From an uncultured Candidatus Saccharibacteria bacterium (GTDB lineage: Bacteria; Patescibacteriota; Minisyncoccia; Phycocordibacterales; JACOZG01), in assembly GCA_964591715.1 (NCBI GenBank), contig CAZQDR010000003.1, positions 269 through 64,268 of the forward strand: 64,000 nucleotides of DNA, read 5' to 3'. Under the pieces are notes generated by a model. The model was not told the DNA's origin. It ran no database searches and saw only the letters and a list, made by a program, of their open reading frames with translations. Numbering within the stretch: the stretch's first letter is position 1; every line of letters starts with the position of its first letter. Shown piece after piece: positions 1-10,020 of the stretch. A program made the position numbers and the translations under genes.

Positions 1-11
1 CGATTTGTTAA

Positions 12-36
12 GAAAAAACCGCCCCAGGGGGCGGCC
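12..36 (-). terminator. rho-independent terminator (hairpin ccgcccc/ggggcgg + U-run on minus strand) downstream of paralog array
   Basis: GC stem 19-25/28-34, plus-strand A-run 13-18 = U-run on minus strand. Confidence 0.5.
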
Positions 37-188
37 TGTCGAGCGACAGAAAGTAGCTCAGCTAAGCCGCCTTTTGGAATGATTCTTTGGTAACATATCG
101 ATACTGGCCATTCTATAGGAAGACTTATCCCCCGTCAAGCGGCGGGATAGCTGCCTGTTTTTAGCTGTTAGCGCCTAGGTTTTAAGCC

Positions 189-773
189 CTATTTTGTGAA
201 CTTGAAGGAACTTAAAATGTTGTCAAAATCTGCATCGTAAGAAAACTGTTGGATTCCCAAAACAATACCCGATTTTTCAAAAGGAATAATTAATTCATTC
301 GAAGAACTCATTCCTGGAATATATTTGTAAAAGCTATAAGCATTGCCGTTTAGTATCTTTTCTACCTTCACTATCGAAGGATAGGACTCATAGGCCTTTT
401 TCACGACACTCCATTGCTGTAGGGAATAGTAATTAACGAAGACCCAACCATTGGTTTGGCCTCCCAAGGAATCACTTGTTATTTTTACACCCCAAACCGG
501 AACATCGTTATTGGTCACTTTTTGCCAACTACTGGGGTAAGTAAAGCTAAACCCAAATTGTTGATTCTGATAAAAGCTTTTACTGTCCGACAAGGAAACC
601 ACCACAGCGGGTTGAATTTGAATATTAGATTTAAGGTAAGTAATAGTTGGGTCAGAAACTTGAGAATTGCTCGTCGGAATTGCATCAACGGGTGTTTCGG
701 CTTTTTTGTTTAACAAGAAAATCCCACCAATAATTAGTGAAAGAACTAAAATGGCGATATGGGATTTTTTCAT
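189..773 (-). CDS. secreted/membrane-anchored protein, paralog family member 1 (N-terminal signal-anchor, YGF.F.YP..W ... FKFTK beta domain)
   Basis: 194 aa ORF; MKK + 20 aa hydrophobic N-terminus; shares FGFSFTYPSSW and C-terminal FKFTK with neighbours. Confidence 0.7.
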   Translation of the reverse strand: MKKSHIAILVLSLIIGGIFLLNKKAETPVDAIPTSNSQVSDPTITYLKSNIQIQPAVVVSLSDSKSFYQNQQFGFSFTYPSSWQKVTNNDVPVWGVKITSDSLGGQTNGWVFVNYYSLQQWSVVKKAYESYPSIVKVEKILNGNAYSFYKYIPGMSSSNELIIPFEKSGIVLGIQQFSYDADFDNILSSFKFTK

Positions 774-774
774 G

Positions 775-1296
775 CTACTTGGTGAACTTGAAGGTGGAGA
801 GAATTCGACGCTCTATCGTAAATGACTCTCCTGTATTACTGAATGCTGAAGTGGAAAAAGTTAGATCAGTTTTGGGATTAGTGGTCAGAGGTATTACTGC
901 TGCGTATGTATCATATCTAAGGTTGTATTCGGGACAACCTTTTTTCTCTTCGACAGTAACCTGTTTTTTATCGATAGTGATCGAGGATGAAACAAAAGAT
1001 GTACAATTACCACCATTTGTCTGACGATAATCGTTGATAATATCTATACTAATTATACGTTGGTCCAGAACAACTTTAACCACTTCGGGCAAAGAATTGT
1101 TTATTTTCCAATCACCGGGGTACTTAAATTCAAATCCATATTTATCATTCTTGTACGTTTTCCAGTCTCCTATCGAAACTTCATTTGTTGTGGTCGCAAC
1201 GGGCGCCACGGCCGTTTTGGATAAAAACGGAACAGCAAAATTAAGTCCAACAATCACAATAACAAGCACAATGAGAGCAGTAATTTGTTTTTTCAT
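775..1296 (-). CDS. secreted protein, paralog family member 2
   Basis: 173 aa; N-terminus MKKQITALIVLVIVIVGLNFAVPFLSKTAVAPVATTT near-identical to next gene; 1 nt spacing to neighbour. Confidence 0.75.
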   Translation of the reverse strand: MKKQITALIVLVIVIVGLNFAVPFLSKTAVAPVATTTNEVSIGDWKTYKNDKYGFEFKYPGDWKINNSLPEVVKVVLDQRIISIDIINDYRQTNGGNCTSFVSSSITIDKKQVTVEEKKGCPEYNLRYDTYAAVIPLTTNPKTDLTFSTSAFSNTGESFTIERRILSTFKFTK

Positions 1297-1297
1297 A

Positions 1298-2320
1298 TTA
1301 TGGTAATTGGCCTGGCTGGCAAGTAATTGTTCGCCCCGTCGGCACGCAGCGATTACTCACACAATCCGCCCCAGAATATTCAACAACTGGATAGGAAATT
1401 GCAACATCACACTGCTGGTTTAAGAAATTTTGGTCCTCTTGAGGATAGTGTCTCCCCTCACAACCCCAGCCCGAATTTATAAATGGATCATACGAATTAT
1501 ACGCTCCGTACCCACAAAAATGATCCCGAACTTGGCAGTCTGACTTTATTTCACAATAACTTGAGTCAGAAACATAGGGAGCTAATTTTGGATTAGCCTT
1601 CGCTAATGTGCCGTCATATTTAGCATTTTCATACTTACCAACTGCCAATTGACCGGAGGGGAAGCTTAGGTAAAATTCTCCCTTAAGTGGTTTGATGTAG
1701 GGGTTACTAACCTTACTTGCGTTGTAGACTAATCCAAAATTATTTACTGAAACGGGAATTTTAAGTAATTCCTTTATCTCATCGAGCTCACCGATAGATT
1801 CATCTTTTAAGACAACTGGAGATTTGGAGCGAACATCAATTACATACAAATCGGTATTTACTACTTGAGGAGAGGCAGTGAACTTGAAGGTCGAGATAAT
1901 ATCAGTTATTTGCTTAGCTAGCGGCAAAACAGAATCGACATAATCCTGAGAGCGAATATAAGAAAACACTAACCCATCCTTTTCAGCAATATATTGAGCG
2001 GGGTTTAATTCCGCTTTTTGAGCGTTAGCCCAATCAGCTTGAGTGGAAACTGAAAGGGTAAACATCCTTGGCTGATCCGAAACACCAAAACTCAGACCCT
2101 TATTATCCGTATTTTGAACTTGATAATTCGACCAACTAGCGGGAAATTTTAATTCAAATCCGTATTGGTCATTCTTATACGTCTTCGAATCCGCCATTGA
2201 AACTTCATCTGTCGTAGTCGTAACTGGCGCCACGGCCGTTTTAGATAAAAACGGAACAGCAAAGTTGAGACCAACAATCACTAGCACTAAAACAACGAGA
2301 GCAATGATTTGTTTTTGCAT
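1298..2320 (-). CDS. secreted protein, paralog family member 3 with extra C-terminal Cys-rich (10 Cys) module
   Basis: ORF 1298..2374; likely start at MQKQIIAL (2320) matching paralog leaders; C-terminal CEIKSDC...CQPGQLP module. Confidence 0.7.
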   Translation of the reverse strand: MQKQIIALVVLVLVIVGLNFAVPFLSKTAVAPVTTTTDEVSMADSKTYKNDQYGFELKFPASWSNYQVQNTDNKGLSFGVSDQPRMFTLSVSTQADWANAQKAELNPAQYIAEKDGLVFSYIRSQDYVDSVLPLAKQITDIISTFKFTASPQVVNTDLYVIDVRSKSPVVLKDESIGELDEIKELLKIPVSVNNFGLVYNASKVSNPYIKPLKGEFYLSFPSGQLAVGKYENAKYDGTLAKANPKLAPYVSDSSYCEIKSDCQVRDHFCGYGAYNSYDPFINSGWGCEGRHYPQEDQNFLNQQCDVAISYPVVEYSGADCVSNRCVPTGRTITCQPGQLP

Positions 2321-2327
2321 ATTATAA

Positions 2328-2765
2328 TTAGTATTTCCACCCAATCTCTGAGGCCTGAAAAATATTTTGACCATTAATATTTACCCATCTACCCTTTATT
2401 TCAAAACCATAATTATCTTTATTTTTAATTTTGTTATCAATTTTTGTCAGACTTTCTGGTTGTTCACAAGAAACATCACAATCGGGATTGTCGGTATACG
2501 AATAAACTCTTGCCTTATCTGCGGAGATAGTATACTGGGCACTCGTTTGCACTTCTACTGCTTCAATGGTTTTTTTACTTAAATCAACACTGATCAACCT
2601 AGCGGGTCGCATCTCAATTTCTTCGTCGAGATTTTTATCGACTACCACCTCGCTTGTTGTCGTTGCAACTGGAGCTACGGCCGTTTTTGGTAAAAATGGA
2701 ACAATGAAATTGAGCCCGACAATGATAATAACGAGCACGATAAAAGCTAAAATGGTCTTTTTCAT
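2328..2765 (-). CDS. secreted protein, paralog family member 4
   Basis: ORF 2328..2783 uses GTG; ATG at MKKTILAF (2765) fits conserved leader; YGFEIKGRW motif. Confidence 0.65.
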   Translation of the reverse strand: MKKTILAFIVLVIIIVGLNFIVPFLPKTAVAPVATTTSEVVVDKNLDEEIEMRPARLISVDLSKKTIEAVEVQTSAQYTISADKARVYSYTDNPDCDVSCEQPESLTKIDNKIKNKDNYGFEIKGRWVNINGQNIFQASEIGWKY

Positions 2766-2779
2766 ATACTTTAACCATA

Positions 2780-2806
2780 CCACAAACCCCTGCCGTACGG
2801 CAGGGG
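2780..2806 (-). terminator. perfect 9-bp palindromic hairpin (cccctgccg ta cggcagggg), probable terminator of upstream membrane protein gene
   Basis: hairpin 2787-2806 followed on minus strand by TTTGTGG. Confidence 0.35.
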
Positions 2807-2871
2807 TTGTTTCAAGTTAAATTATTTGGGGTATATTCCGCCAGAGGCGGACCCGCCGGTGGCGGGCTAGA

Positions 2872-3561
2872 TTAGCGGCGAGCGCCAACTTCGTCGCGCA
2901 ATTTCTCGATATAGCGCGCTGCGGCGTCCCGTCCACCCAAACCGAAGGCCAAGCCACCCGCGAGGGCCAACATGGCAACCAAACCAGTGAAGAGAGTCTG
3001 GAGCAAGACTACGGCTACTCCCAATTGGAGTAAAGCGGCAATCAAAGCGAAGATCCAGATCGCCCACTTGGCGATACCGCCCAAGAACTTAGCCGAAGTG
3101 ATGCCGGCCGCCATGGCGGAACCAGTCACTACGCGCTGGAGGGCATCAGCCAAAACCGCGGCTACCAAGAGAACCAAAGCGGCAACGATTACGTTTGGCA
3201 AGAAGCCAAGCACAATCTGGTGCAAGAAGTCACTGACCTGAACCAGGCCGAGCACCTCGACTGAGGCCAAAAGGAAAACGATGATAATAAACCACTTAAC
3301 CAAACCACCGATGAAAGCCCCGGCATTCAAGCGGAAGCCAGCGCGAGCCAACAGCTCGTCAGTACCAACCTCCTCGAGCGCCTTATCTACCCGGAGTGAC
3401 TTGATTAATTGCTCAACCCAACGGCCCAAAATAGTACCGATCAACCAACCAAAAATAAAGATAACGATCGCTACTAAGAGATTAGGAACGAAGGAGATGA
3501 CGCCGTACCATAAATTCTGGAACGAATTCGTCAAAACCTGGCCCCAAGTTTGTAACAACAT
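2872..3561 (-). CDS. membrane protein with two conserved-TM-helix repeats (MscS-N-terminal-like, PF05552-type)
   Basis: 229 aa, internal repeat FxxNLxxxxxxFxPNxxVAxxxxxxxxL, highly hydrophobic. Confidence 0.55.
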   Translation of the reverse strand: MLLQTWGQVLTNSFQNLWYGVISFVPNLLVAIVIFIFGWLIGTILGRWVEQLIKSLRVDKALEEVGTDELLARAGFRLNAGAFIGGLVKWFIIIVFLLASVEVLGLVQVSDFLHQIVLGFLPNVIVAALVLLVAAVLADALQRVVTGSAMAAGITSAKFLGGIAKWAIWIFALIAALLQLGVAVVLLQTLFTGLVAMLALAGGLAFGLGGRDAAARYIEKLRDEVGARR

Positions 3562-3618
3562 ATATTACGCGTTTAGTAAATTGCTAATAAACACACTCTA
3601 GAGTATACCATTTAGGCC

Positions 3619-4188
3619 CTAGACTTGAATACGGTCAATCAGTCGCTCGTGGGGATAATCAAGAACGTCACGCACAAATTTATCGCAGGCGTTGACCCGA
3701 TACTTAAAGTCATTCGTTTCCAAAACAGCATAGGCTAACTCCTTACCAATTTCGGCTTCCAAGCCGCGAATGACCCGCTCGATGGCGCGACGCTTTAAGT
3801 TCTCTCCCACCACCAAAAGATCCGCCCGACTATCAGTGTCCTCAATAAAGATACCAGAGATAATGAGGAGCGAGATGCGGCCACAACCGGCAAACTGACG
3901 AATTAATTCCTTTTTGCGAGCCACCAAGTCATTCTTCAATATTCCCTTCAGGTGACTAATAAACGGGAAGGTCGGGTTTAGCTGCCAGCCTTTGGTTTTT
4001 CCCTTAGCTCGCTTGGCAATAAACTCAATCGTCCCCAACCCATTTAGCTCCCGGCCCACCGTCCCCTTACTGACCCGGCTACGCTCGGCCACTTCCTTGT
4101 TAATAAAGACAGCCTCAGGATTAAGCAGGAAGAGGCGCATAATCTTAACCTTGTTGGCACTACCAAATAGCTTACCTAAGATTTCCAT
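3619..4188 (-). CDS. HTH-domain protein, putative transcriptional regulator
   Basis: 189 aa; N-terminal winged-helix-like segment (VSKGTVGRELNGL); no strong family call. Confidence 0.4.
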   Translation of the reverse strand: MEILGKLFGSANKVKIMRLFLLNPEAVFINKEVAERSRVSKGTVGRELNGLGTIEFIAKRAKGKTKGWQLNPTFPFISHLKGILKNDLVARKKELIRQFAGCGRISLLIISGIFIEDTDSRADLLVVGENLKRRAIERVIRGLEAEIGKELAYAVLETNDFKYRVNACDKFVRDVLDYPHERLIDRIQV

Positions 4189-4202
4189 GCCCCCTAGTAT
4201 AA

Positions 4203-4235
4203 CACAAAACCACCCGCCAAGGCGGGTGGTTTTAA
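4203..4235 (-). terminator. rho-independent terminator after rplL
   Basis: hairpin accacccgcc aag gcgggtggt flanked by A-run/T-run. Confidence 0.6.
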
Positions 4236-4256
4236 ATTCGGTAAGTGCGGGGAAGG

Positions 4257-4628
4257 TTATTTCAATTCCACCTTGCCACCAGCCTCTTCGATCTTCTTCT
4301 TCAAAGCATCGGCTTCGTCCTTCTTCATATTCTCCTTCAAGAGAGCGGGAGCGGCGTCAACCAAGTCCTTGGCCTCCTTCAAACCGAGAGCCAAAGCCTC
4401 CTTCAACACCTTGATCACTTGGATCTTCTGCTCGCCTGCCGCTGACAAGTGGACATTGAAGCTGTCCTTCTCCTCGGCCGCCTCACCAGCACCAGCGCCG
4501 GCACCACCAGCCATCACCATGGCCGCAGCGGAAACACCAAAGCGCTCCTCCAGAGCCTTAACGAGCTCGTTTAACTCGAGCACCGTCATGCCTTCTACCT
4601 TCTCAATTAATTCTTTAAATTTTTCCAT
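4257..4628 (-). CDS. rplL: 50S ribosomal protein L7/L12
   Basis: 123 aa; Ala/Gly-rich hinge, C-terminal ...[11 protein letters not shown]...[13 protein letters not shown]. Confidence 0.95.
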   Translation of the reverse strand: MEKFKELIEKVEGMTVLELNELVKALEERFGVSAAAMVMAGGAGAGAGEAAEEKDSFNVHLSAAGEQKIQVIKVLKEALALGLKEAKDLVDAAPALLKENMKKDEADALKKKIEEAGGKVELK

Positions 4629-4633
4629 ACGAT

Positions 4634-5125
4634 TTATGCTTGTTTAGTTTTGCTAATTTGGTCGAGAGCCATCACTAGTCGCTGCAATGGCGAGTTGATC
4701 AAGTTTACAAACTTGCCCAACAACACCTCGCGGCCCGGGATCGTTGCCAGCGTCATCATAAATGCCGCATCCGCATACTTACCCTCGAAAATTCCGCCCA
4801 CAATCTTCACCGCATCTTTGTTCTTCTTCTCAAACTCGTAGACACCGCGAGCGGGTGCAATCGCATCAGCGCCATAGGCGACGGCGATCTCACCAGGCAG
4901 TTCGGGCATCGTCCCCTCAAATGAGCGGGTGTCGAGTAGTCGGCGAATCAAAGTCTTCTTGGCGACGGTCAAACCAACATTCTGGCTTCGTAAACCGCGG
5001 CGCAGTTCAGTGGCATTACCCACTGTCAGTCCGTGAAAGCTCACAAAGACCACCGTGTCGGCCTTACCCATTTTCTCGTCAAGATTTTTGACGATATCTA
5101 TCTTCTTCGTCTTCGTAATTGCCAT
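4634..5125 (-). CDS. rplJ: 50S ribosomal protein L10
   Basis: 163 aa; L10 signature region, immediately upstream of rplL. Confidence 0.9.
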   Translation of the reverse strand: MAITKTKKIDIVKNLDEKMGKADTVVFVSFHGLTVGNATELRRGLRSQNVGLTVAKKTLIRRLLDTRSFEGTMPELPGEIAVAYGADAIAPARGVYEFEKKNKDAVKIVGGIFEGKYADAAFMMTLATIPGREVLLGKFVNLINSPLQRLVMALDQISKTKQA

Positions 5126-5222
5126 AGAGTACTTGGGTTAATAAAAAAATAAAAACGACCAAAGCCGTTAGAAATTCCTCGGCAGGGCTTATGGACGCCT
5201 GCTGTCTAAGGCTTACATGATG

Positions 5223-5250
5223 AGTATACTGATTAACCCGACACCGTCAA
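5223..5250 (-). promoter_or_regulatory. sigma70-type promoter (TTGACG-16-TATACT) plus about 95 nt leader of rplJ-rplL
   Basis: minus-strand TTGACG at 5245-5250, TATACT at 5223-5228; structured leader 5126-5220 (possible L10 autoregulatory leader). Confidence 0.5.
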
Positions 5251-5257
5251 GCGTGAG

Positions 5258-5572
5258 TTACTCGGCTTGGAGCTGGGCTAAGGTAGCGTTTAAAGCGGAG
5301 ATTTGGTTAACGAGGTCAATGACTGACTGGCTTTCCGGTACGGGGGCACCTTGCCACTTTTGGAGGGCAGCCACCAGGTTAGCGAATTCGTAGATATATT
5401 GCTCACAGTTATCCCAAGCCTCGCCCACGAGCGGACCCTGGCTAAAGTCACACACCGCGGCTTGCGCCTGGTAGGCACTCGAGGCATCCAAATTCTCTTG
5501 GTCAGCGAACACAACCGGAGCGGTTAGTAAGGTAAGGGCCACCAAAATGGCGCTGGCAATGATTTTCTTCAT
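5258..5572 (-). CDS. small secreted protein (signal peptide, 2 Cys)
   Basis: 104 aa, MKKIIASAILVALTLLTAPVVFA signal. Confidence 0.55.
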   Translation of the reverse strand: MKKIIASAILVALTLLTAPVVFADQENLDASSAYQAQAAVCDFSQGPLVGEAWDNCEQYIYEFANLVAALQKWQGAPVPESQSVIDLVNQISALNATLAQLQAE

Positions 5573-5677
5573 GCTTAAACTATATCAGACTATTTAAAAT
5601 ATTGCAAGAGGAAGATACTACCCAGGCCAACCAGCAAAATAACGATAAAACCAACCGCCATTTGCCAAAATTTGTCG

Positions 5678-6934
5678 TCAAAATATTTCATGCCACAATC
5701 TTTGCCACCACGACGGGTCAGTTGGGAGTTCGACCATGGTCGCAGTGGCCGCCGGCAGTGAGCTTACTGACGGCGGTAAGTCTATTGTAGCAGTTTCTAA
5801 AACGACTGGCACCACTGTCGCTTCATAATCAGGCGATACTGCTACGGGTAGCGCTGGTGGGGCCAGAGATTGGAGTTGCCGCGCGAGCAAGGCGAGCGCG
5901 GCTCCTTGGGTATTCGTTTCCGCATAGACTCGCCCGTTCGGGGCCGCCAGCGACAACTGGTTCGCTACAGTCAAAAAAGGAATTTTAACGGAGCTGGCAC
6001 TATTCAAAATCGTATCTTCCGGCAGGATGATTTTTTTCTTGCTGTCGCCCAACTGCCAATTCCCTACATTTACCTCATAGTTAGAATTATTTTTTAATTC
6101 GACATAGGCTTGATCACCATCATTACCCGCCCTAATAGCTAGGACTGGTTCAACCACCGTAATTACCGTCCGCGCCACCGCCTCGTCACTACCCTGCCGA
6201 ACCGTTGCCACCACGTTATAAGTGCCCGGGAAGGCGTACTGGTGATCAACCACCTCGCGATAGGCGGCGACACCATCACCAAAGCTCCAGTGATACTCAA
6301 TTGGCGCCGCGTCATCAGCACCACTAACCACTGCCCGGAAGGGCAGTCCCGCCCCCACCGCCACTTGCCGCTTGCGACCAATTGATAATCCCAGCCCTAA
6401 TTTCTCCTTCGGATTAGAGAGGGCGACCTGACTTTGATGACTGGAGCTAATACCACCCGAAGTGGCCGTGCTACCAACAACACTTACGGCGGGTTCCTCA
6501 TCTGGGTCCGAGTCGCCGCCCGCGGCCGCGGGCGGCGCGTCCGCGCTCACCGTAATTGGCTGCGAGGTTTGCCAGCTTTGACCACTCGTGCGCCCGGTTA
6601 CCACCACCTTAATGGTATACGAACCGGCCGTGGAATCGCGGTAGAGAAAATTGCGATTGGCCGAATTTTTGCTCATTGTTGTCGTTACCGGATTACCGCT
6701 AGTACTTAAAAATTCGCCCGTCGCTGACGTACTGGTAAAAGTCAGATCAGCCGTCTCGGTAATATTTTCTTTAACTCCCGCATTATTTTGGGTTTGCACG
6801 GTAATCGTCGCCGAACTCGCCCCTGGCGCAATCGTTTGCGGCTCGGTAGTAAAGACCACTCCCGCTACCTCTGCCCGCACCAAAACCGGCAGGAGGAGGA
6901 TGAGTCCCACTGCCATCACGTGTTTGTAGTTCAT
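5678..6934 (-). CDS. secreted protein with PKD domain and lamin-tail (LTD) domain
   Basis: signal peptide; HWSFGDG...YNVVATV PKD hallmark; AYVELKNNSNYEVNVGNWQLGD LTD-like. Confidence 0.7.
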   Translation of the reverse strand: MNYKHVMAVGLILLLPVLVRAEVAGVVFTTEPQTIAPGASSATITVQTQNNAGVKENITETADLTFTSTSATGEFLSTSGNPVTTTMSKNSANRNFLYRDSTAGSYTIKVVVTGRTSGQSWQTSQPITVSADAPPAAAGGDSDPDEEPAVSVVGSTATSGGISSSHQSQVALSNPKEKLGLGLSIGRKRQVAVGAGLPFRAVVSGADDAAPIEYHWSFGDGVAAYREVVDHQYAFPGTYNVVATVRQGSDEAVARTVITVVEPVLAIRAGNDGDQAYVELKNNSNYEVNVGNWQLGDSKKKIILPEDTILNSASSVKIPFLTVANQLSLAAPNGRVYAETNTQGAALALLARQLQSLAPPALPVAVSPDYEATVVPVVLETATIDLPPSVSSLPAATATMVELPTDPSWWQRLWHEIF

Positions 6935-6937
6935 GGT

Positions 6938-7912
6938 TTAGTAACTTATTTGATCAACCAACAGACCGCTCTGGTCATAAAGACTGATTGTCTCGCGCTC
7001 CTTACCCCAGAGCTCATAACCTAAATTGAGATAAATATACCACGACTGACTGTAAAAGTCGCGCTCGCTTCGACTGCGATCCAGGCAAGCAGTATAGCTG
7101 TAATTTTGTTTGAGAAAATCCTTGCAGCGGGATGACAAGTTAGGTGTCTTATCCACAAAACCTGACTGCAATTCACCAGAGGAATCGCGAACTGATCCAA
7201 AAACTGGCGCGTGACAATATCCCAACCGCCTCACAAAGTTGTAACAGTCATCCTCCAGATTATCCACGCCAGCCACCTTGCTTGGCGTTGGGCAACGCGA
7301 GGAAATGGGTGGCGTAAACTGGTAACTAGGCAAATCTTCCAAATAACCGCTACACATATTAACTTTAAAACTAACGTCAATCGGATAAGGTGTCAGCGTG
7401 GGCATCCGACCAGTAATAATGTTGGCGTGATCCCCCCGCTCCAAAACAATGGGCTGCAAAATTTTAGCGGCGCGCGGATCGAAGAGTTTGACTCCGGAAG
7501 GGATGGCAGCGGTCGGGGCCTGATAGGCTACTTTTTGCTTGCTGTTTACCAACTTCCAACCCGTAATCGTTACCGGCTCTTGGGCTCGCGAGGTCAGTCG
7601 AATATACTCCTTCGCTGGCTGGACCTCATTGCGCGCACTGCCTAGAGAAATCTGAACTTGATCATACCAAATCGAGCGAGTCGGATCGCCCGACTTCGAA
7701 CCGGCACTGGAACTATTGGGGGTAACGGCGGAACCGGAGCTCGAGGGATAATTGCTCGGGCGAGCGGATACCCGGCTTTTCGACTCAAGGGGTGACTGGA
7801 TGAACGGCTTCTCTGTCGTTGATCGATTAGGACCACCAGTAAAAAGCCAAATGAAGCCGAGCGCCACAAAAATCCCAATCACCCACAGTAAATCGCGAAC
7901 CGCTTCACTCAT
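6938..7912 (-). CDS. membrane-anchored extracellular protein, LTD-like segment (VTITGWKL) and C-terminal Cys-containing domain
   Basis: 324 aa; N-terminal TM; no family call. Confidence 0.55.
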   Translation of the reverse strand: MSEAVRDLLWVIGIFVALGFIWLFTGGPNRSTTEKPFIQSPLESKSRVSARPSNYPSSSGSAVTPNSSSAGSKSGDPTRSIWYDQVQISLGSARNEVQPAKEYIRLTSRAQEPVTITGWKLVNSKQKVAYQAPTAAIPSGVKLFDPRAAKILQPIVLERGDHANIITGRMPTLTPYPIDVSFKVNMCSGYLEDLPSYQFTPPISSRCPTPSKVAGVDNLEDDCYNFVRRLGYCHAPVFGSVRDSSGELQSGFVDKTPNLSSRCKDFLKQNYSYTACLDRSRSERDFYSQSWYIYLNLGYELWGKERETISLYDQSGLLVDQISY

Positions 7913-7950
7913 AATAAATTATTGTACCATGAGCTGGTTTTTCCGCGCAC

Positions 7951-7981
7951 ACAAAAACACCCCGCCGAGGCGGGGTGTTTT
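7951..7981. terminator. bidirectional-looking terminator hairpin downstream of surface protein gene
   Basis: acaccccgcc gag ggcggggtgt flanked by A5 and T5. Confidence 0.6.
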
Positions 7982-8031
7982 TGATTAGCGATCCGATCAG
8001 CCAAACGCTGACGTCGGAAAGTTAAAGTTAC

Positions 8032-10020
8032 TTACTGAGGCAACGAAACCGTACCAGTTCTCCAGTCGGTCAAACCGGCCATGAAGGTGCTGGTGTTTAC
8101 ATCACTACCATTCAATGACGATTTGATTGCTTCGACACCAACCGCGTATGAGTCGAGGGTCGTAATACCCGCAACACCAGCCGCAGATTTGTCCAAGAAG
8201 GTGAAGGTAACCGGAATAGTTACATCATTACCGTCGGTGATCTTAGCCTTCTGGCCAGTAAGGAGGCCAGTAGTGATCACGCCAGCGTTTGAAGGAATAG
8301 TGAAGTCCGTCGTTGAAGCAACTGGGAAGGCCGTAAGCGTACCACCCTTGTAGATACCTAAGACAAAGGTAGAGGAAGCTGACTGCGTTCCGAGGTAAAC
8401 GTCAGAACCAACCGCCTTAACGTTAACGTTGAACTTGGCAGTAACCGTCGTAGTAGCGCGGCCATTACCATCATTGTTGGTCTCAGCAGTAATCGTAGGC
8501 GAACCAACGATAGTAAACTGAGGACCAGCACTGACAATGTACATCGTGTTACCAGCGGCGCTGCCTGACTTGTCGGTGATTACATCACCAACAGTGTTCT
8601 CAACCGTAACATCGGCATTAGCAACAGAAACGCTAATTGGCGAGGCTACAGAAGTTGCGCGGCGGACATCAGCCTTGATCGTAAGGGTCTTGGTAGAGTC
8701 CTTGGCAATCAAAACATCCAAGTCCGAGAAGGTGGCACGAGTGGTACCAGTCTCAGCACTGTCAATCTCGGTGGAACCGTCGTAGAGATAGATAGTAGTG
8801 GTGGTAGCACCGGCACCAGAAACCGTCGAGCTAGCGAGAGTAACAGTCAAGTCAGTCATGGTCAAATCATCCTTCTTGGCTTTGAGATCAAAGGTCAAGA
8901 GAGACAACTTGTTGTACTCGTTATCATTGCTGCCATCCGTAGCCGCAATCTGGCCAGAGAGAGGGTTGCTGCCACTGGCAGAAACCGTCAATGAAGCAGC
9001 GTCGGTTAGGGAAGAATCAACATTGATAGCACGGCTAACTGAGGAACCCGTAGCTGGGGAGTACTGGTCAATGCCAGCGCCATCCATACCGCGGATACCA
9101 TCATTAGCTAACTGAACCGTGTAAGTCTCGGTGTCAATATCGGTTGAATCGATACTGTCGCGAACGTCAGCCTTGATCGTCAAAATCTTGCTGGAGTTCT
9201 TTGGAACAACCAGGTTGATTCCGGCCAAAGTGATGTAGTAGCGCCCACCATCCTTAACTACCGTTGAGGAGTTAAGATCAGCAGAAGCCAAAACAGTTGA
9301 ACCATCCGTCACATAGACCTTTTGATAGATCTTGTTGTAGATAGCCGTTGAAGCACCGAGGTCTAACTTGACACGCTGGATAGCAATGTCTGAGTTCTTA
9401 GCCTCAACCTTGAAACCAAGGATTGCTGCCATGTCATCTCCTTCGTAAATCGTTGAGTTAACACCGACACTTGAAGAAGTAACAGAAAGCGTACCCTCGA
9501 TACCAGGAGTGGTGATCGTGCCTGTGCAGGAAGCACCCGTAACTGGATTAACTACCCAACCAGCCTGGCAACCAGAAGTGGTGGTCGTAGTGGTGGTCGT
9601 AGTCGTAGTACCACCCATCATCGCGTTGATAGCGGCGCGGGTCTGAGGACCAACCTGACCGACTTGGGCAATGCCCTTAGCGGCCTGGAAGGCTAGAACA
9701 GCGGCCTTGGTCTGTGCACCAAAGTAACCCGTTGGACCAGCTGGAATCGTATAACCATTACCTTGCAAGAAGTTCTGCAAAGCAGTAACTTCAGCGCCCC
9801 TGCTACCTACAGCCAACTGTTGGGTAAGCATTGCTGAACCAGTCGTGCTCGTGTTGCTACCACCCAAAAGAGCGGTCAACGATTGGAGCAAAGCTGGGTT
9901 AGCGGTCAAAGCGGCCATGATCTGATTAGCAGTCAAGGTCTCGGCGCCAGCGATCGAAACCGTCGCGCTCAAGGCCAAGGCTACTACAGCCAAGCCAACA
10001 AATAATTTCTTAATACTCAT
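8032..10020 (-). CDS. large secreted surface protein with N-terminal peptidoglycan-binding domain, Thr11 linker and beta-rich repeats
   Basis: signal peptide; LAVGSRGAEVTALQNFL...GYFGAQTKAAVLAFQ = PG_binding_1-like; T11 run; no SD upstream. Confidence 0.75.
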   Translation of the reverse strand: MSIKKLFVGLAVVALALSATVSIAGAETLTANQIMAALTANPALLQSLTALLGGSNTSTTGSAMLTQQLAVGSRGAEVTALQNFLQGNGYTIPAGPTGYFGAQTKAAVLAFQAAKGIAQVGQVGPQTRAAINAMMGGTTTTTTTTTTTSGCQAGWVVNPVTGASCTGTITTPGIEGTLSVTSSSVGVNSTIYEGDDMAAILGFKVEAKNSDIAIQRVKLDLGASTAIYNKIYQKVYVTDGSTVLASADLNSSTVVKDGGRYYITLAGINLVVPKNSSKILTIKADVRDSIDSTDIDTETYTVQLANDGIRGMDGAGIDQYSPATGSSVSRAINVDSSLTDAASLTVSASGSNPLSGQIAATDGSNDNEYNKLSLLTFDLKAKKDDLTMTDLTVTLASSTVSGAGATTTTIYLYDGSTEIDSAETGTTRATFSDLDVLIAKDSTKTLTIKADVRRATSVASPISVSVANADVTVENTVGDVITDKSGSAAGNTMYIVSAGPQFTIVGSPTITAETNNDGNGRATTTVTAKFNVNVKAVGSDVYLGTQSASSTFVLGIYKGGTLTAFPVASTTDFTIPSNAGVITTGLLTGQKAKITDGNDVTIPVTFTFLDKSAAGVAGITTLDSYAVGVEAIKSSLNGSDVNTSTFMAGLTDWRTGTVSLPQ

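Noticed and set aside
456-713. Plus-strand ORFs antisense to the secreted paralogs (456..713, 737..1024, 1034..1306, 2367..2582, 2566..2820)
   Set aside because: They fully overlap better-supported minus-strand genes. Their similarity to each other (VVVATGATAV...KLSPT) just mirrors the conserved leader on the other strand.
8081-9115. Plus-strand ORFs inside the 662-aa surface protein gene
   Set aside because: They are shadow ORFs in a low-complexity Thr/Ser/Val-rich gene.
9565-9610. Repetitive ACC/ACT/ACG run encoding T11
   Set aside because: It is a low-complexity linker inside a CDS, not an independent repeat element. It could be slippage-prone, but there is no evidence of variation here.
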